IMG/VR virus record: IMGVR_UViG_3300006217_000013
Location: 1 to 64,000 of that record
Length of the DNA stretch: 64,000 nucleotides
Strand: one strand, 5' to 3'
Origin: a virus
Lineage: Duplodnaviria > Caudoviricetes
In this document: piece after piece, positions 22,323-33,446 of the stretch
Position numbering within the stretch: the first letter of the stretch is position 1
How the letters are laid out: each line of letters begins with the position of its first letter
Made by a program: the position numbers and the translations under genes
Notes under the pieces: generated by a model
What the model saw: the letters and a program-made list of their open reading frames with translations, nothing else
What the model was told of the DNA's origin: nothing
The model's database searches: none

Positions 22323-22709
22323 GCAATTCTATATCATCTTTACCTAAAGTTCCCAAAAGATGATTGTTCCTATATACTCTAATTCCAGATGATATATCTA
22401 TATAATACAACCCATATTCATATTGCATTATAGTAAATTCAACGCTTCCGTATCTTATATCTAAAAATCCATTTTGTTTATTTAATTCTCTTTCCTCTTT
22501 GGCAAACCTAAGTCGTGTATCACTTAATTTTTGTGCAACAAGATTTATAGAATGACTATCCGCATTATTCAAACAAATCAACTGCTGTTTAAGATATTTA
22601 TAGGTTTTCATCGCTTCCATAATCTGTTTCTTTGTTAAATCCATAATAAATCACTCCTATTATATCAAATTTTTCTATCCCTGTCTATCCCCCTATACAA
22701 TATTTCCCA

Positions 22710-23735
22710 TTATACTACTCTACTTTCTTCAACCATGCCCATAAGCTTATTCATCATATCCAGCGGCGCCGTTTCGGATTTATCCGTAATAGCAAACGTC
22801 AGAATATCTCTTAAATCGCTTGTTTTAATGGATATAACCGGAGTATTATCTATAACAAATTCTTCACCGCTTGCGACCTTCTCCATGAGTTCTCCAATAT
22901 CAAGGAAATAACTTTTCTTTTTTTTGCCTGTAATTCCTATATAGTCAGCCGTAATCGCCTGAGAAACGTGCCCATAAATCTGCCTTAATATTTCCAAACT
23001 GTCCATATCTTCTGGGTGCATCTGCCTGCTCCAATACCCAAAAGATTTTCGAGTTGTATGAGTATTGACATTATAATTTATTCCTACAGTTTTAGCATTA
23101 TTTTTAAATGCCTTTTGGTATGTCGCCACCTGTGCCTTTAACTCTATTCTATATTCTTCATAATACAAAAACTCTTCCAAAGTATTATATGTTTTTTTCT
23201 TTTTTGTCTCACCTTTCTTATACTTAAGCCATCGTTTATAAATATCATCAATGTGTTCAGGTTTAAACTTTCTTCCTAAAAACTCTACCCAGCGGTTAAT
23301 TTTTGCCATTTCATCAATGTTATTTTCAGGAATATATATTGAAGCATTTTTATGTTTTCTCCATCTTTCTTTCCCTTCTGTTGGCATAATGAAATCATTT
23401 ATGTCCGTTTTATAGGATAATCCTGTTTTCCTTTCATATAATTTAAGCGTTTGCTGCATAAATGGACATATTGAAATAACAACCGTTTTCCCAGTTTTCT
23501 GTTCCTCTATAGTCCTAATTTCATCTTTCATCTTCCCATTTTCATAATAGAAATCACTCCATTTGACCGATAGTGTGTCCCCTACACGCCGTCCTAAAAG
23601 TAAGCCTATCATAAATGCAAGATAAAAATCCCATTGTTCTCTTTCCTTAAAGCAATTCATCATACCCGTAATATGTTTAAGATCCCAAAATGGATATACT
23701 TCCGTTTTTCCTCGTTTTTTTGTTACATTTCCCAT
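22710..23735 (-). CDS. Tyrosine recombinase
   Basis: GRRVGD (R), EQKTGK (K), HTTRK (HxxR), YGH, DY. Confidence 0.88.
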   Translation of the reverse strand: MGNVTKKRGKTEVYPFWDLKHITGMMNCFKEREQWDFYLAFMIGLLLGRRVGDTLSVKWSDFYYENGKMKDEIRTIEEQKTGKTVVISICPFMQQTLKLYERKTGLSYKTDINDFIMPTEGKERWRKHKNASIYIPENNIDEMAKINRWVEFLGRKFKPEHIDDIYKRWLKYKKGETKKKKTYNTLEEFLYYEEYRIELKAQVATYQKAFKNNAKTVGINYNVNTHTTRKSFGYWSRQMHPEDMDSLEILRQIYGHVSQAITADYIGITGKKKKSYFLDIGELMEKVASGEEFVIDNTPVISIKTSDLRDILTFAITDKSETAPLDMMNKLMGMVEESRVV

Positions 23736-24246
23736 CTTTTTACCTCCTTAATCCTGATTTTCTATCAAAGGCATGTTTAAATACAACTCTGTATATCTGC
23801 CCTCCAGATACTGATAATCACGCTCTAATATATTTTTAGAAGCCTGTGCACTTATCGCTACTGATATCATGCTTGTACAAATTATTATAAGTGCCGCTAT
23901 AACTATGTTTTTAGTCATATGTATTCCCCTTCCATCACCACAAAGTTTTCTTTCCCGTACTTACATCAATATAACAGTGCTTGCCCGTTTTAACATCTCT
24001 TAACCCTGTACTTGATGAATAAATATCACTACCCCGATTGATTGCGTCTTGTCTGCAATCAAAATCTGTACTCCATGATGAAAGCCCCTCAATAAGCAAG
24101 AGTATTAAAAATAATAAAATAATCATATTTTAAATTCCTTTCTCTTTTTAATTTTCAAAATATTCCTTTATATGACCTATCCCACATTCTTTTAAAATTC
24201 TTCTATACTGTTTTTGCATGAATGTTTTAATTAGATGTTTCAAACT

Positions 24247-24900
24247 TTATTCCTCCCCATCCAAAGATACAAAGATAGAAGATTTTAAAGCGAAAAACGG
24301 GCGAACCCCGCGGTGATCATCAGAATAGTTACAGTTCACATAACCAACCGAGCGGACAACCTGCACATAGCCAGAGCCGTAGCCTGATGGGGTGCTGTTA
24401 GGGGTGGAGAGCCATTCCCATCTATCTTTATCAAAGGCGTTCTCTCCAAGCATTTCCCTTTGTTCTCTATAATCATCATAAGTTCTAAGTGCAACCTTGT
24501 CAGTAGTCGTTCCGTAATCTCTCAATCCGTCATGAGAAAACAAATCGGTTTCACGCTCTATAATATTTTCCGCCCCAAATCGCTCTTCAAGAGTCTTGAG
24601 GTAATCTGAATTTAAAAATCCTCTTATCTCACTGTTTGTCCAATTATTATCTTTGCCAAATTCCATACTGTCCCGCAATAACTCTTTCTTCAAAACATAA
24701 GTCATGCCTTCTGTCTGTTTTGTTACTATGTATTTATCGCCTTTAGAGTCGACAAATATGTCGTTAGGCTTTAATGTGTCAAGCATAACTGAATTGTTAT
24801 CCTGTCTCTCTTTAATTGCGCTTATAACCGCTTCTGCGCCCCTATAATAGTTATTTGTTATAATATCCTGTAAATTTTCTATTGTAGTATTTATCGTCAT
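24247..24900 (-). CDS. DGR target protein 2 (remote), CLec/DUF6273-like
   Basis: WEWLSTP...GVRPFF containing VR2; C-terminal domain paralogous to target 1, N-terminus different. Confidence 0.88.
   Translation of the reverse strand: MTINTTIENLQDIITNNYYRGAEAVISAIKERQDNNSVMLDTLKPNDIFVDSKGDKYIVTKQTEGMTYVLKKELLRDSMEFGKDNNWTNSEIRGFLNSDYLKTLEERFGAENIIERETDLFSHDGLRDYGTTTDKVALRTYDDYREQREMLGENAFDKDRWEWLSTPNSTPSGYGSGYVQVVRSVGYVNCNYSDDHRGVRPFFALKSSIFVSLDGEE
24300..24384 (-). repeat. DGR variable repeat VR2
   Basis: 13 mismatches at TR adenines plus 2 third-position C>T changes in 85 nt. Confidence 0.92.
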
Positions 24901-25920
24901 TTTATTTTCCTCCTTTAAAAAGTCAATTTTATTTTAGTTTCATATTCAAAATTGCTGAAAAAAACTCCATTATTGGTTTTATTGTATACAGTTGCTATAA
25001 AATCATAATCCTGCCCTGTCTCTGATACTTTAATAATATCACTTTCAAAAATTGTATTCATTATTTATTCCTTCCTTTCTATAATCCTTGTCGCATATTT
25101 TTCAAACGCTTCCGCTTGTTCTTCTTCTGTTGTTATGTATTGCATTGTTGTCAGAGAATACGGTCTAACCTCTTTTGCCGCCTCTGCATTATACAAATAC
25201 AATTTATTCGTTATTTTTTGGTTTCGTAATGCAATCAGGTAGTTTCCATATGCACCTTCATACCATGGAACCCCATGACCATCTTTCTCCTCTTTATCAG
25301 ATATATCTGTCACACACCATTTGTTTTTAGCATTAGAATAATATATAACAAGGTCTATTCCTTCTAATTCCGGATATGTAAGTTTGTTCTCTTCCATCTC
25401 CTCTGCTTCGTCCCTCATAATACTCACCCATGACAAGATTTCCTCGTTAAACTCCGTCAAATCTCCACTGTCGGAGCATTTAATCAGGCGATATTCTCCG
25501 CTTTCAGGCTCGTAAACCTCTACATCAAATGTATTATCTGATGTGGTTACAAGCGTTATTTTTAGTGTTTTTGTGTTTGAATTTTCCATTCTTTTATCCT
25601 CCTATTCAAATACAGCCGTTTTATATTCATCAAAACTTAATGAAAATTTTCGTAATTCTTTACCTACCAGCTTATTTTTCCGAGTTTTATATATTTATCT
25701 GCATATATTTCTTCTGCTATATCTGATACTGAAATATTTTCGAGTTTACAATACTTATTTTCAATATGTGCAAAATTTTCTCTCAGGTTTTCCCCAAACG
25801 CTAACGCACATTTTTTATTGACAACAATTTTATCGCCACCAAAATATTTTGTTTTCTTTCCTTTAGCATGATATTTAATAATAAACACTTTCCCCCTCCA
25901 TTATCATTAAAATTCCGATT

Positions 25921-26667
25921 TTATGCTCTTTTTAATCCGCTTTGTTTCTGTTCTGTTTTATTAAGACTTCTAATATACTTTTGTCCGTTTTTTTCAAAGT
26001 ATTTCAAATACCCTTCCCCTATCATTTCATCCGCAACCTTCAAAATGTAATCAATAGTTTGTCCACCTCCATAATTTTTCCCGTCATTAAGTCCCAAACG
26101 ATTTAATCTAACCATTTCGGCAATATGCCTCGCCACATCAAAAGCTGCATAGTATTTTGTTACCCTTGTTGTTACAGATTTTGCAAATAGTTCCTTGCGA
26201 ATTTCCTTTTTTCTTCCTTCTAAGTATTCCTCATATTCATTATCTGAAATAACATAAACTGTTTCTCTCAAATCTACCCAACGAATAGACGATAATTCCA
26301 TCTTGTTAATTGCTTCTGCAATTTTTTTGACATCATTTTTCAAGACAACACCGCTAATCTGTTGTGGATGTGCGTATAAATAGGCGCATTTTTCCTCACT
26401 GCGTTCTACCTTATATCCGCTATCTTCCATAATTCCTAATGATGCAATAAGTTTACTTGCTTCTTCTTCCCATTTATTTCTATCTTCTGTTGTAGAAAAA
26501 TTCAAATTGATATATGTCGATGTATCAATGTTGAAATACACATGTACATATTCATTTCCGTAATCTAAATCCGGATTCCAATTATCCGTCAATAGCCCAT
26601 CCGTTCCATACTCATCTCCAATTCCGTATTGATGATATTTAATCTTCATAATAACTTCTCCTTCCAT
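25921..26667 (-). CDS. Hypothetical phage protein
   Basis: Long ORF in leftward early arm. Confidence 0.55.
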   Translation of the reverse strand: MEGEVIMKIKYHQYGIGDEYGTDGLLTDNWNPDLDYGNEYVHVYFNIDTSTYINLNFSTTEDRNKWEEEASKLIASLGIMEDSGYKVERSEEKCAYLYAHPQQISGVVLKNDVKKIAEAINKMELSSIRWVDLRETVYVISDNEYEEYLEGRKKEIRKELFAKSVTTRVTKYYAAFDVARHIAEMVRLNRLGLNDGKNYGGGQTIDYILKVADEMIGEGYLKYFEKNGQKYIRSLNKTEQKQSGLKRA

Positions 26668-26923
26668 AAAATCAACTTAAAATCACGCTTTTAATTAATA
26701 TAAATTTGATACAATTCTTTATCTTTATTTATTAAAGTATGTTTTACCTTAATCCATTTATCGAAAATGTTCACTTCTATATCTCCGTTGAATGTTCTTC
26801 TATAATTTAAATTTTGCTTGCATAAAATTTTAATAATATTATCGTTTACACAACCTGATTCCCATTTGAAAATACCTAAATTATTTTTTGACATTTTTAC
26901 ATCTCCCTTTTAAAACTACCGTT

Positions 26924-27553
26924 CTATGCTACTTGTCCATTTTCAAAAAATTCATAATTGTTAGCTTCGCAAATTTCCGCAAGTTCTTTATCATCTATTT
27001 CATAAAAATAACTGTAACCGGCCCTTTCATAGTCTCCGCATAATTTTTCAAAAATGCCTCTGACTAACTTTTCAAACTTCTGTAATACCTCTGTATTGAT
27101 ATTTTTAAAACAAGAATAATTTTCAAGCTGATATTTCCACTCATCAACTACATCAATACAATTTGCCAATGAATAGCAATAGCGGCAATTCTCTTCAAGT
27201 TTTATGCTTCCGCACTCGTCTGCATAGTGTAAAATGGTTTTCTTTTCTTTTTCTGTTAGCATGTTTTCAAACTCTTCAAACAGTTTTACGTCTCTGTATT
27301 CATCTAAGCATTTGAAAATCTTTTCAGCCTCAACTTCTCCATAAATGTTCAAGCCGTCACCCTGACAATATGAAAGTGAATATTGTACTTTTAAATCGCT
27401 TTTAAACAAGTTATATAAATTTTCGTTACATATATCTGAAAAATCCCACGCTCTTGTATCATCATCAAGATACCATTCTTTGACCCTCTCTTTTGCTTCT
27501 TCTGATAATTCGTTGTAGTTGAACACATTATATGTTTTTATTATTGTTCTCAT
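26924..27553 (-). CDS. Hypothetical acidic early protein (possibly anti-restriction-like)
   Basis: YNELSEEAKERVKEWY...CQGDG...ANNYEFFENG; function inferred only. Confidence 0.45.
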   Translation of the reverse strand: MRTIIKTYNVFNYNELSEEAKERVKEWYLDDDTRAWDFSDICNENLYNLFKSDLKVQYSLSYCQGDGLNIYGEVEAEKIFKCLDEYRDVKLFEEFENMLTEKEKKTILHYADECGSIKLEENCRYCYSLANCIDVVDEWKYQLENYSCFKNINTEVLQKFEKLVRGIFEKLCGDYERAGYSYFYEIDDKELAEICEANNYEFFENGQVA

Positions 27554-27567
27554 TGTCTTATCCTCCT

Positions 27568-27753
27568 TTAATATCCTTGCTTCTGTAAATATCCGTCAAA
27601 TATCGCTGTTATTCTGTCACTGAATTGCCGTTCACCTGTAAGTAGTTTATATAAGTATGTAGTGCTGATGCCTAACTTACGACAAAACACTGTTTTTGGT
27701 ACACCTGATTCATATAAATATTGCCGTATACGTTCTATTAGTTTATTGTTCAT
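27568..27753 (-). CDS. Small HTH DNA-binding protein
   Basis: GVPKTVFCRKLGISTTYLYKLLTG. Confidence 0.7.
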   Translation of the reverse strand: MNNKLIERIRQYLYESGVPKTVFCRKLGISTTYLYKLLTGERQFSDRITAIFDGYLQKQGY

Positions 27754-28540
27754 TTGTGCGTTGCCTCCTTTATCAAAATATAGTTCTAATTACTTCATAA
27801 TTATCATCTAATTCAAATAGATTAAATAATGTTCCATGCTCATCTTCAAAGCTAAATGCTTCATCTAATGCTTCATCATCAGTGCTACAATAACCAAAAA
27901 CTTCTATTTCGTCATCTTCATATTCAGCTTTATATGTGCGTAATTCTTCTTGAATTTTCTTCAATCGTTCTTTTTCCTTGTGTTCTAATCTTTCTTTATG
28001 GTAATTTTTAAAAAAGTTTGCCATGATTCTTCTCTTTCTGTCCGTATAGCCTGATAACGCAGCTCAATATATTACTTACTTCTATTGTCTATTTCTGAAT
28101 TGATAAAACTAAATATATTAAATATCTCGCTTATACACTCGCAAAAATAGGCTTTTAATCGGTTCTGTAGTTTATTTTCGTGCATTTTGTGTTATCTCTC
28201 CTGATTAGTCAACGTCTCTATTCATAATTTCTTCAAAATTGTTATATCCTAATAATTCAGCGATAAAATCATCTTCAAACCACATAAAATCATTTATATC
28301 CGTTTCGTCTGCTCCATCGGGAAATATATCGTCCATATGTGATTCAATAACATTAAATTCATCATTTGTTAAATATTTTGCCCGGTCTGCTGCTCCGCTC
28401 CAAAATTCAAAATTTTTTAAGGCTATTTCTGTTTTTACTATCATTTTTAAACACTCCTTTTTTATAATTTTGTACCGCTGTATGCGTACAATTCTAATAT
28501 TCGCCTTGACTTTTTATTTTTTAAGTGCTATAATGTAACC

Positions 28541-28726
28541 GAGGTTTAAGGGATTGATATTATCGCTCCCTTAACATTTCAGGTTAGTTATTCGGGTTTA
28601 CTTCTTTGGCTTCGTCTACTGTAGAATATTCGATACCATCAGCTAAACCTATATAACCGTAATCGGTGTACATCGTTGCACCTCCTAATAACTCTTGTAT
28701 GTGTCAGATATAAGAGTTATTTTTTT
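28541..28726 (+). ncRNA. Putative antisense RNA over a 29-aa ORF
   Basis: TTGACT(28506)-17-TATAAT(28529) with extended TG; terminator 28687-28726. Confidence 0.6.
28584..28673 (-). CDS. 29-aa peptide MYTDYGYIGLADGIEYSTVDEAKEVNPNN
   Basis: GGAGG RBS at 28685-28681; below ORF-track cutoff. Confidence 0.5.
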   Translation of the reverse strand: MYTDYGYIGLADGIEYSTVDEAKEVNPNN

Positions 28727-28992
28727 GTTGTAAAATATGCGACTTATTGACACTGCACATATACCAAACATAAGTATATTTTTGTATTTTAGTATGTGTA
28801 CTTTTTGTTTAGTTTTGGTGTTTCCTTATCCCTTATCTTTAATATTATTATACACTATTTATTAGTGGTTGTCTATTAACATTGTGCACAAATTATAAGT
28901 GGATATTTTGTGTATTTTATACACCTCGTTTTAGTGGTTGTTGACAAGCAGTTTTTGTTGTGATATAATCACTTAAAAGAGGTGTATAAATT

Positions 28993-29208
28993 GTGATAAA
29001 ATATAAAATAGATATTATGGGAGCTTTAAAAGCTGCTGGATATTCAAGCTATAAACTGCGCAAAGATAATATCTTTGGTGAAGCTACTATGACAAAATTC
29101 AGACGAAAAGAACATATAAACTTTGATAACCTGAATTTACTTTGTAAACTTTTAAACTGCCAACCATCGGACATTATAGAGTACGTCCCCGACGATACCA
29201 ACAACTAA
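28993..29208 (+). CDS. Cro/CI-type HTH (HTH_26-like) regulator
   Basis: LNLLCKLLNCQPSDIIEY; TTGACA...TATAAT upstream. Confidence 0.82.
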   Translation: MIKYKIDIMGALKAAGYSSYKLRKDNIFGEATMTKFRRKEHINFDNLNLLCKLLNCQPSDIIEYVPDDTNN

Positions 29209-29295
29209 ACCATAATAAAAACGGTGTAGAGCCTGTTAAGGTTATGCACCTTATAGACTTTACACCGTTTAAAATGGTATATGAATATGTGTTGT

Positions 29296-29604
29296 TTACG
29301 CTGATTTATTAAGCTGTTCTTTTATTTGTTTTAATTCATTTTCAAGAATATTTACACGAATAAGCAATAACTCTTTTTCATTTTCAACTTTTAACGCTTC
29401 GTCAAGTTTACGAGACAAGTCAAGATGTCCTTCGGCAATAATTTTGATATTGCGATTAGTAACATTTTCAAGTGTTACATTAATCTTTGTAACTTCATTG
29501 ACCGTATTTTCAAGTGCTATTTGTGTTTGAAGTTGTTTTTGTTTTAAATCTTGTACTTCGTTAATAATCAAATCAAGTTTTTCACTATCAGTCATTTTAT
29601 ACAC
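29296..29604 (-). CDS. Small coiled-coil protein flanked by inverted repeats
   Basis: Heptad pattern; TTGCTT-17-TACAAT promoter. Confidence 0.6.
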   Translation of the reverse strand: MYKMTDSEKLDLIINEVQDLKQKQLQTQIALENTVNEVTKINVTLENVTNRNIKIIAEGHLDLSRKLDEALKVENEKELLLIRVNILENELKQIKEQLNKSA

Positions 29605-30012
29605 CGCCTTTTGTTTTGGTTATTGGTTACATTGTATCATATACCATTTATAAAAGCAAGTGTAAAGTCTATTTTTGGTATTAAGTTTTAAAGGTGCATT
29701 TTCGATATTGTAAAGCTATGAAAACCACATAAACCTTTTTGACTTCGTGGAAGGTTTGTCTTTCCTTTATATTGATTATATTATATCAGGTATACCGGTA
29801 AAAGTCTATTCGCATAGCGCACAAAATACCGGTATACCGGTTAAGTTCATCGAGGCATGCTATATATTGTGTTTGTTTGGGTGCTGTTGATGTTTTATTA
29901 CTATATATTGTATGCAAAACTTTTTTAAATTGATTTTTTAGTGTTTTCGGCATATTGACGAATCATTTTTGATGTGATATTATACTTATATATTCGATAT
30001 GGAGGCAGAACA

Positions 30013-30258
30013 ATGGACGAGAAAAAAGAGACTACATATAGTAGATTATCAGATGAGCAGAAAAGAAAAAAGATGTTAAAAAATCAGGAGTATATAAAAA
30101 GAGATTATCAAATAATAACAGTCAAGATAAAAAAGACAGATTTCCTAAAAGTAGCTGATTATATGGAAGCCTGCGGAGCTAAAAGCAATAACTCGTTTTT
30201 TAAAGAAGCTGTTAAGTATGCTATTGAAAATGATTTTAAAGGCGTAAAGGATGATTGA
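30013..30258 (+). CDS. Ribbon-helix-helix-like regulator
   Basis: EYIKRDYQIITVKIKK...SNNSFFKEAVKYAIE; GGAGG before ATG 30013. Confidence 0.55.
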   Translation: MDEKKETTYSRLSDEQKRKKMLKNQEYIKRDYQIITVKIKKTDFLKVADYMEACGAKSNNSFFKEAVKYAIENDFKGVKDD

Positions 30259-30956
30259 TATACTATGTGATACATAGTATTATTTGTATTGTTTTTATTA
30301 CTGATTTTATAAATGTAAAGTTTACTATACTATGTAATGCATAGTATAGTTTTAACATATCTGCCGAACAAAAGATAAATTTATCCTATCAAGTGTATTA
30401 TTAAACAGTCAATATTATTTAACATATTCCTTACATGCCGTTGTAATATGTTCCTTGTATAATAGTAATTGTTAGTTTTACCACAGCTTTAAAATGGCTT
30501 ATCTATGCGGTATGGGGTATGTTTACATTTTAAAACCCTGTTCCCCTCATCAAATACCGCCTATCTGTTTCATTCACACGTTGAGTTAAAATTTTCATGC
30601 CCATACACACAAAATCACTCAAAATATCCTCAAAAGTGTTCGATTCTGTGCTCGGTAGACCGCGTACCTATGCCATTTCTTTAAAATACACATCTATAAA
30701 TAAATTAAAATCTCCTGCTCTATCCCCTACAAATCGCATAACTAAGCCATTATCTCGAACTCAATCAATTTTTATAAAAAACATCTGTTATATAAACGGT
30801 TAATCTGAATACAAAATCATCTTTAAACCCTTATAATACAAGGATTTTCTATACTTTTCTTGTTAAAATATACCCCCTCTCTCGAACTCCATTATTTTAG
30901 ATTGATTTTTTATCCTGTATATGATATACTTAATCAAACGAATACTATTATAGGAG

Positions 30957-31226
30957 TTGACCACAATGCCTGAAATCTCATTATTCTATGGAATTCGTAT
31001 AACAATGTATTATGATGACCATAACCCACCACACTTTCATGCAGAATATAATAATCATAAAGCTTTGATTGATATCATTAACATACAAGTAAATAAAGGT
31101 TCACTTCCTTCAAAACAACTCAAAATTGTATTAGCTTGGTGTGCAATACATCAGGATGAATTAATGCAAAATTGGGAACTTGCAAAAGATGATAAACCGC
31201 TTAATAGAATTAATCCATTAATGTAG
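30957..31226 (+). CDS. DUF4160 (HicA-like) putative toxin
   Basis: MPEISLFYGIRITMYYDDHNPPHFHAEY...ELMQNW. Confidence 0.9.
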   Translation: MTTMPEISLFYGIRITMYYDDHNPPHFHAEYNNHKALIDIINIQVNKGSLPSKQLKIVLAWCAIHQDELMQNWELAKDDKPLNRINPLM

Positions 31227-31242
31227 AAAGGAGTTTGCAAAA

Positions 31243-31527
31243 ATGAATGAATACTTCCCCATTGTAGTTCAAGTCATTCCTCAAGATGACTATACCGTTT
31301 ATGTATATTTTGATGATGGAAAAATTATTTTATATGATATGAAGTCTAAATTAGATAAGGAGATATTTTCTTCATTAAAACAGATTGAAGTCTTTAAATC
31401 TGCTTGCACAATTCTTAATAATACATTAGCTTGGGATTTAAATGGAGATAGAGATATAACAAAATGTATTGATATAGATCCGTTTTCATTATATGAGTTA
31501 CCTAGTGTACAAGAAAAGATAGCATAA
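31243..31527 (+). CDS. DUF2442 putative antitoxin
   Basis: DYTVYVYFDDGK...TLAW...DIDPFSLYE; paired with DUF4160. Confidence 0.85.
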   Translation: MNEYFPIVVQVIPQDDYTVYVYFDDGKIILYDMKSKLDKEIFSSLKQIEVFKSACTILNNTLAWDLNGDRDITKCIDIDPFSLYELPSVQEKIA

Positions 31528-32168
31528 TAGTTTATAATACCTACACAAAACAATCAGTTTATGTACTGGTTGTTTTTTTATTGCAATAATTCATTTAACT
31601 TCCCAATTCAAAAAGTGAATATTTACTATAGGGGGGTATATTTTACATTAAACTCCTCAATCATCTATTATTTACCCTACCCTTGTTTTAAAACTACAAA
31701 TATATTTAATACAAAACTCAAATCTCACAGCGAATAATGTATTGTACCCTCTCCTACTCTATCTTTGTCCTACGGAGCTATAGGTAATCGCTTGCAAGCA
31801 AGCTCATACCTCTGTCGCCTTGTTGCGCTACGCTTACAAGCCAACAGTTATTATATACCCCTCTTATATATATTTTTCTCTTTTTTGTTTTCTAAGGGAA
31901 AAGCTCTGAAACGTAGTGTTTAAGCCAAAAAAAATCAATTTTGTAAGGTTTGTGTTTATTTTAGAAACAACAATATTTTAAATATCAAAACTCAAAAATC
32001 GCATAAAATGGGGATTCTTCTAAAAATTTTGTTAGATTTCCGCCTTAAAAACCTAACAAAAAACAAAATCACTATGTAGAGTCAAGCCAAACGGCAGTGG
32101 TGCTTGCGAATAACTATCTAAAAGAAAATTCATAGCGAATATTATATTGGAATAAAAAAAACGAAAGG

Positions 32169-33446
32169 ATGATGTATTTGTCAAAATTTAATTGCGAGGT
32201 AAAAATTGTAGATGAGAAAATGGGGGTTGGGAAAACAACGGCAGCAATCAATTACATAAATCAATCAAGCGAGGATGAAAAGTTTCTATTTATAACCCCC
32301 TATCTGTCTGAAGTGGAGCGTATCAAGAGAGAGTGTCCTGAAAAAAGATTTAAACAACCTTGTTTATATAAAGGTAGAAAACTTGAAGGAATAAAAGAAC
32401 TCATAAATAAAGGACATAATATTGTATCTACTCATGCTTTATTCCAAAAATTCGATTTAGAAGTAATTGATTTATGTAGAGCAAAGAATTACACATTGAT
32501 AATGGATGAAGTAACAGATGTAGTAGAAAAGTATGAAATATCTGATACAGATTTTAAAATACTCACAGAAAAATTTGTAGATATAGATGAAGAAACGGGA
32601 CGCATGACTTGGCGTGATAAAGAAAAACCTTATTATGGTAAGTTTATGGAGGAAAAGAGATTATGCGAGTTAAATAGTCTTGCCTACTATAATGGTACTG
32701 TTGTTATGTGGTTATTCCCAATAGAAGTATTCAATGCATTTAGACAAATTTATATTTTAACCTATATGTTTAATGCCCAAATTCAGAAATACTATTATGA
32801 TTATTACAAATTGCCTTACGAATATGTTTATGTAAAGGGGCATAGCAGAGATACTTATATGTTTACTTGCGATTGCACAGAAAGAAATGCTTTAATTCAC
32901 GATTATAACTCTCTAATACATATTATAAATGATGAAAAACTCAATCTTATTGGGGATAGAGAATATGACCTATCAAAGACGTGGTATGAGAGAAATAAAA
33001 ACAACACTTCTATAAAACAGCTTAAAAATAATATTATCAATTTTTTTATCCATAAAAGAAAAACAAAAACTGCTGAAAATATGTGGACAACCTTTAAGGA
33101 CTATAAATCATTACTTAACGGTAATGGTTACGGGCGAGGATATGTTTCACTTAATATGAGAGCAAGTAACGAATATTCAAATAAGACCTCTGTAGCTTAT
33201 CCTGTAAATAGGTACATAAACCCCGTAATTAAAAATTTCTTTTCCAAAAATAATATATCTGTTGACGAAGATGCCTTTGCCCTTTCCGAAATGCTACAAT
33301 TTATCTGGCGTTCTGCAATAAGAAATGGCGAAGAAATATATGTGTACATACCGAGTATACGCATGAGAAATCTACTAAAACAGTGGATTGAAGAAAATTC
33401 AATACAAAATAAAGGAGAAATAAATATTGAGAACAACATTAAATGA
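32169..33446 (+). CDS. SF2 helicase-like / origin-binding-like ATPase
   Basis: MGVGKTT, ITPYLSEVER, IMDEV, QFIWRSAIR; first gene after strand switch. Confidence 0.7.
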   Translation: MMYLSKFNCEVKIVDEKMGVGKTTAAINYINQSSEDEKFLFITPYLSEVERIKRECPEKRFKQPCLYKGRKLEGIKELINKGHNIVSTHALFQKFDLEVIDLCRAKNYTLIMDEVTDVVEKYEISDTDFKILTEKFVDIDEETGRMTWRDKEKPYYGKFMEEKRLCELNSLAYYNGTVVMWLFPIEVFNAFRQIYILTYMFNAQIQKYYYDYYKLPYEYVYVKGHSRDTYMFTCDCTERNALIHDYNSLIHIINDEKLNLIGDREYDLSKTWYERNKNNTSIKQLKNNIINFFIHKRKTKTAENMWTTFKDYKSLLNGNGYGRGYVSLNMRASNEYSNKTSVAYPVNRYINPVIKNFFSKNNISVDEDAFALSEMLQFIWRSAIRNGEEIYVYIPSIRMRNLLKQWIEENSIQNKGEINIENNIK

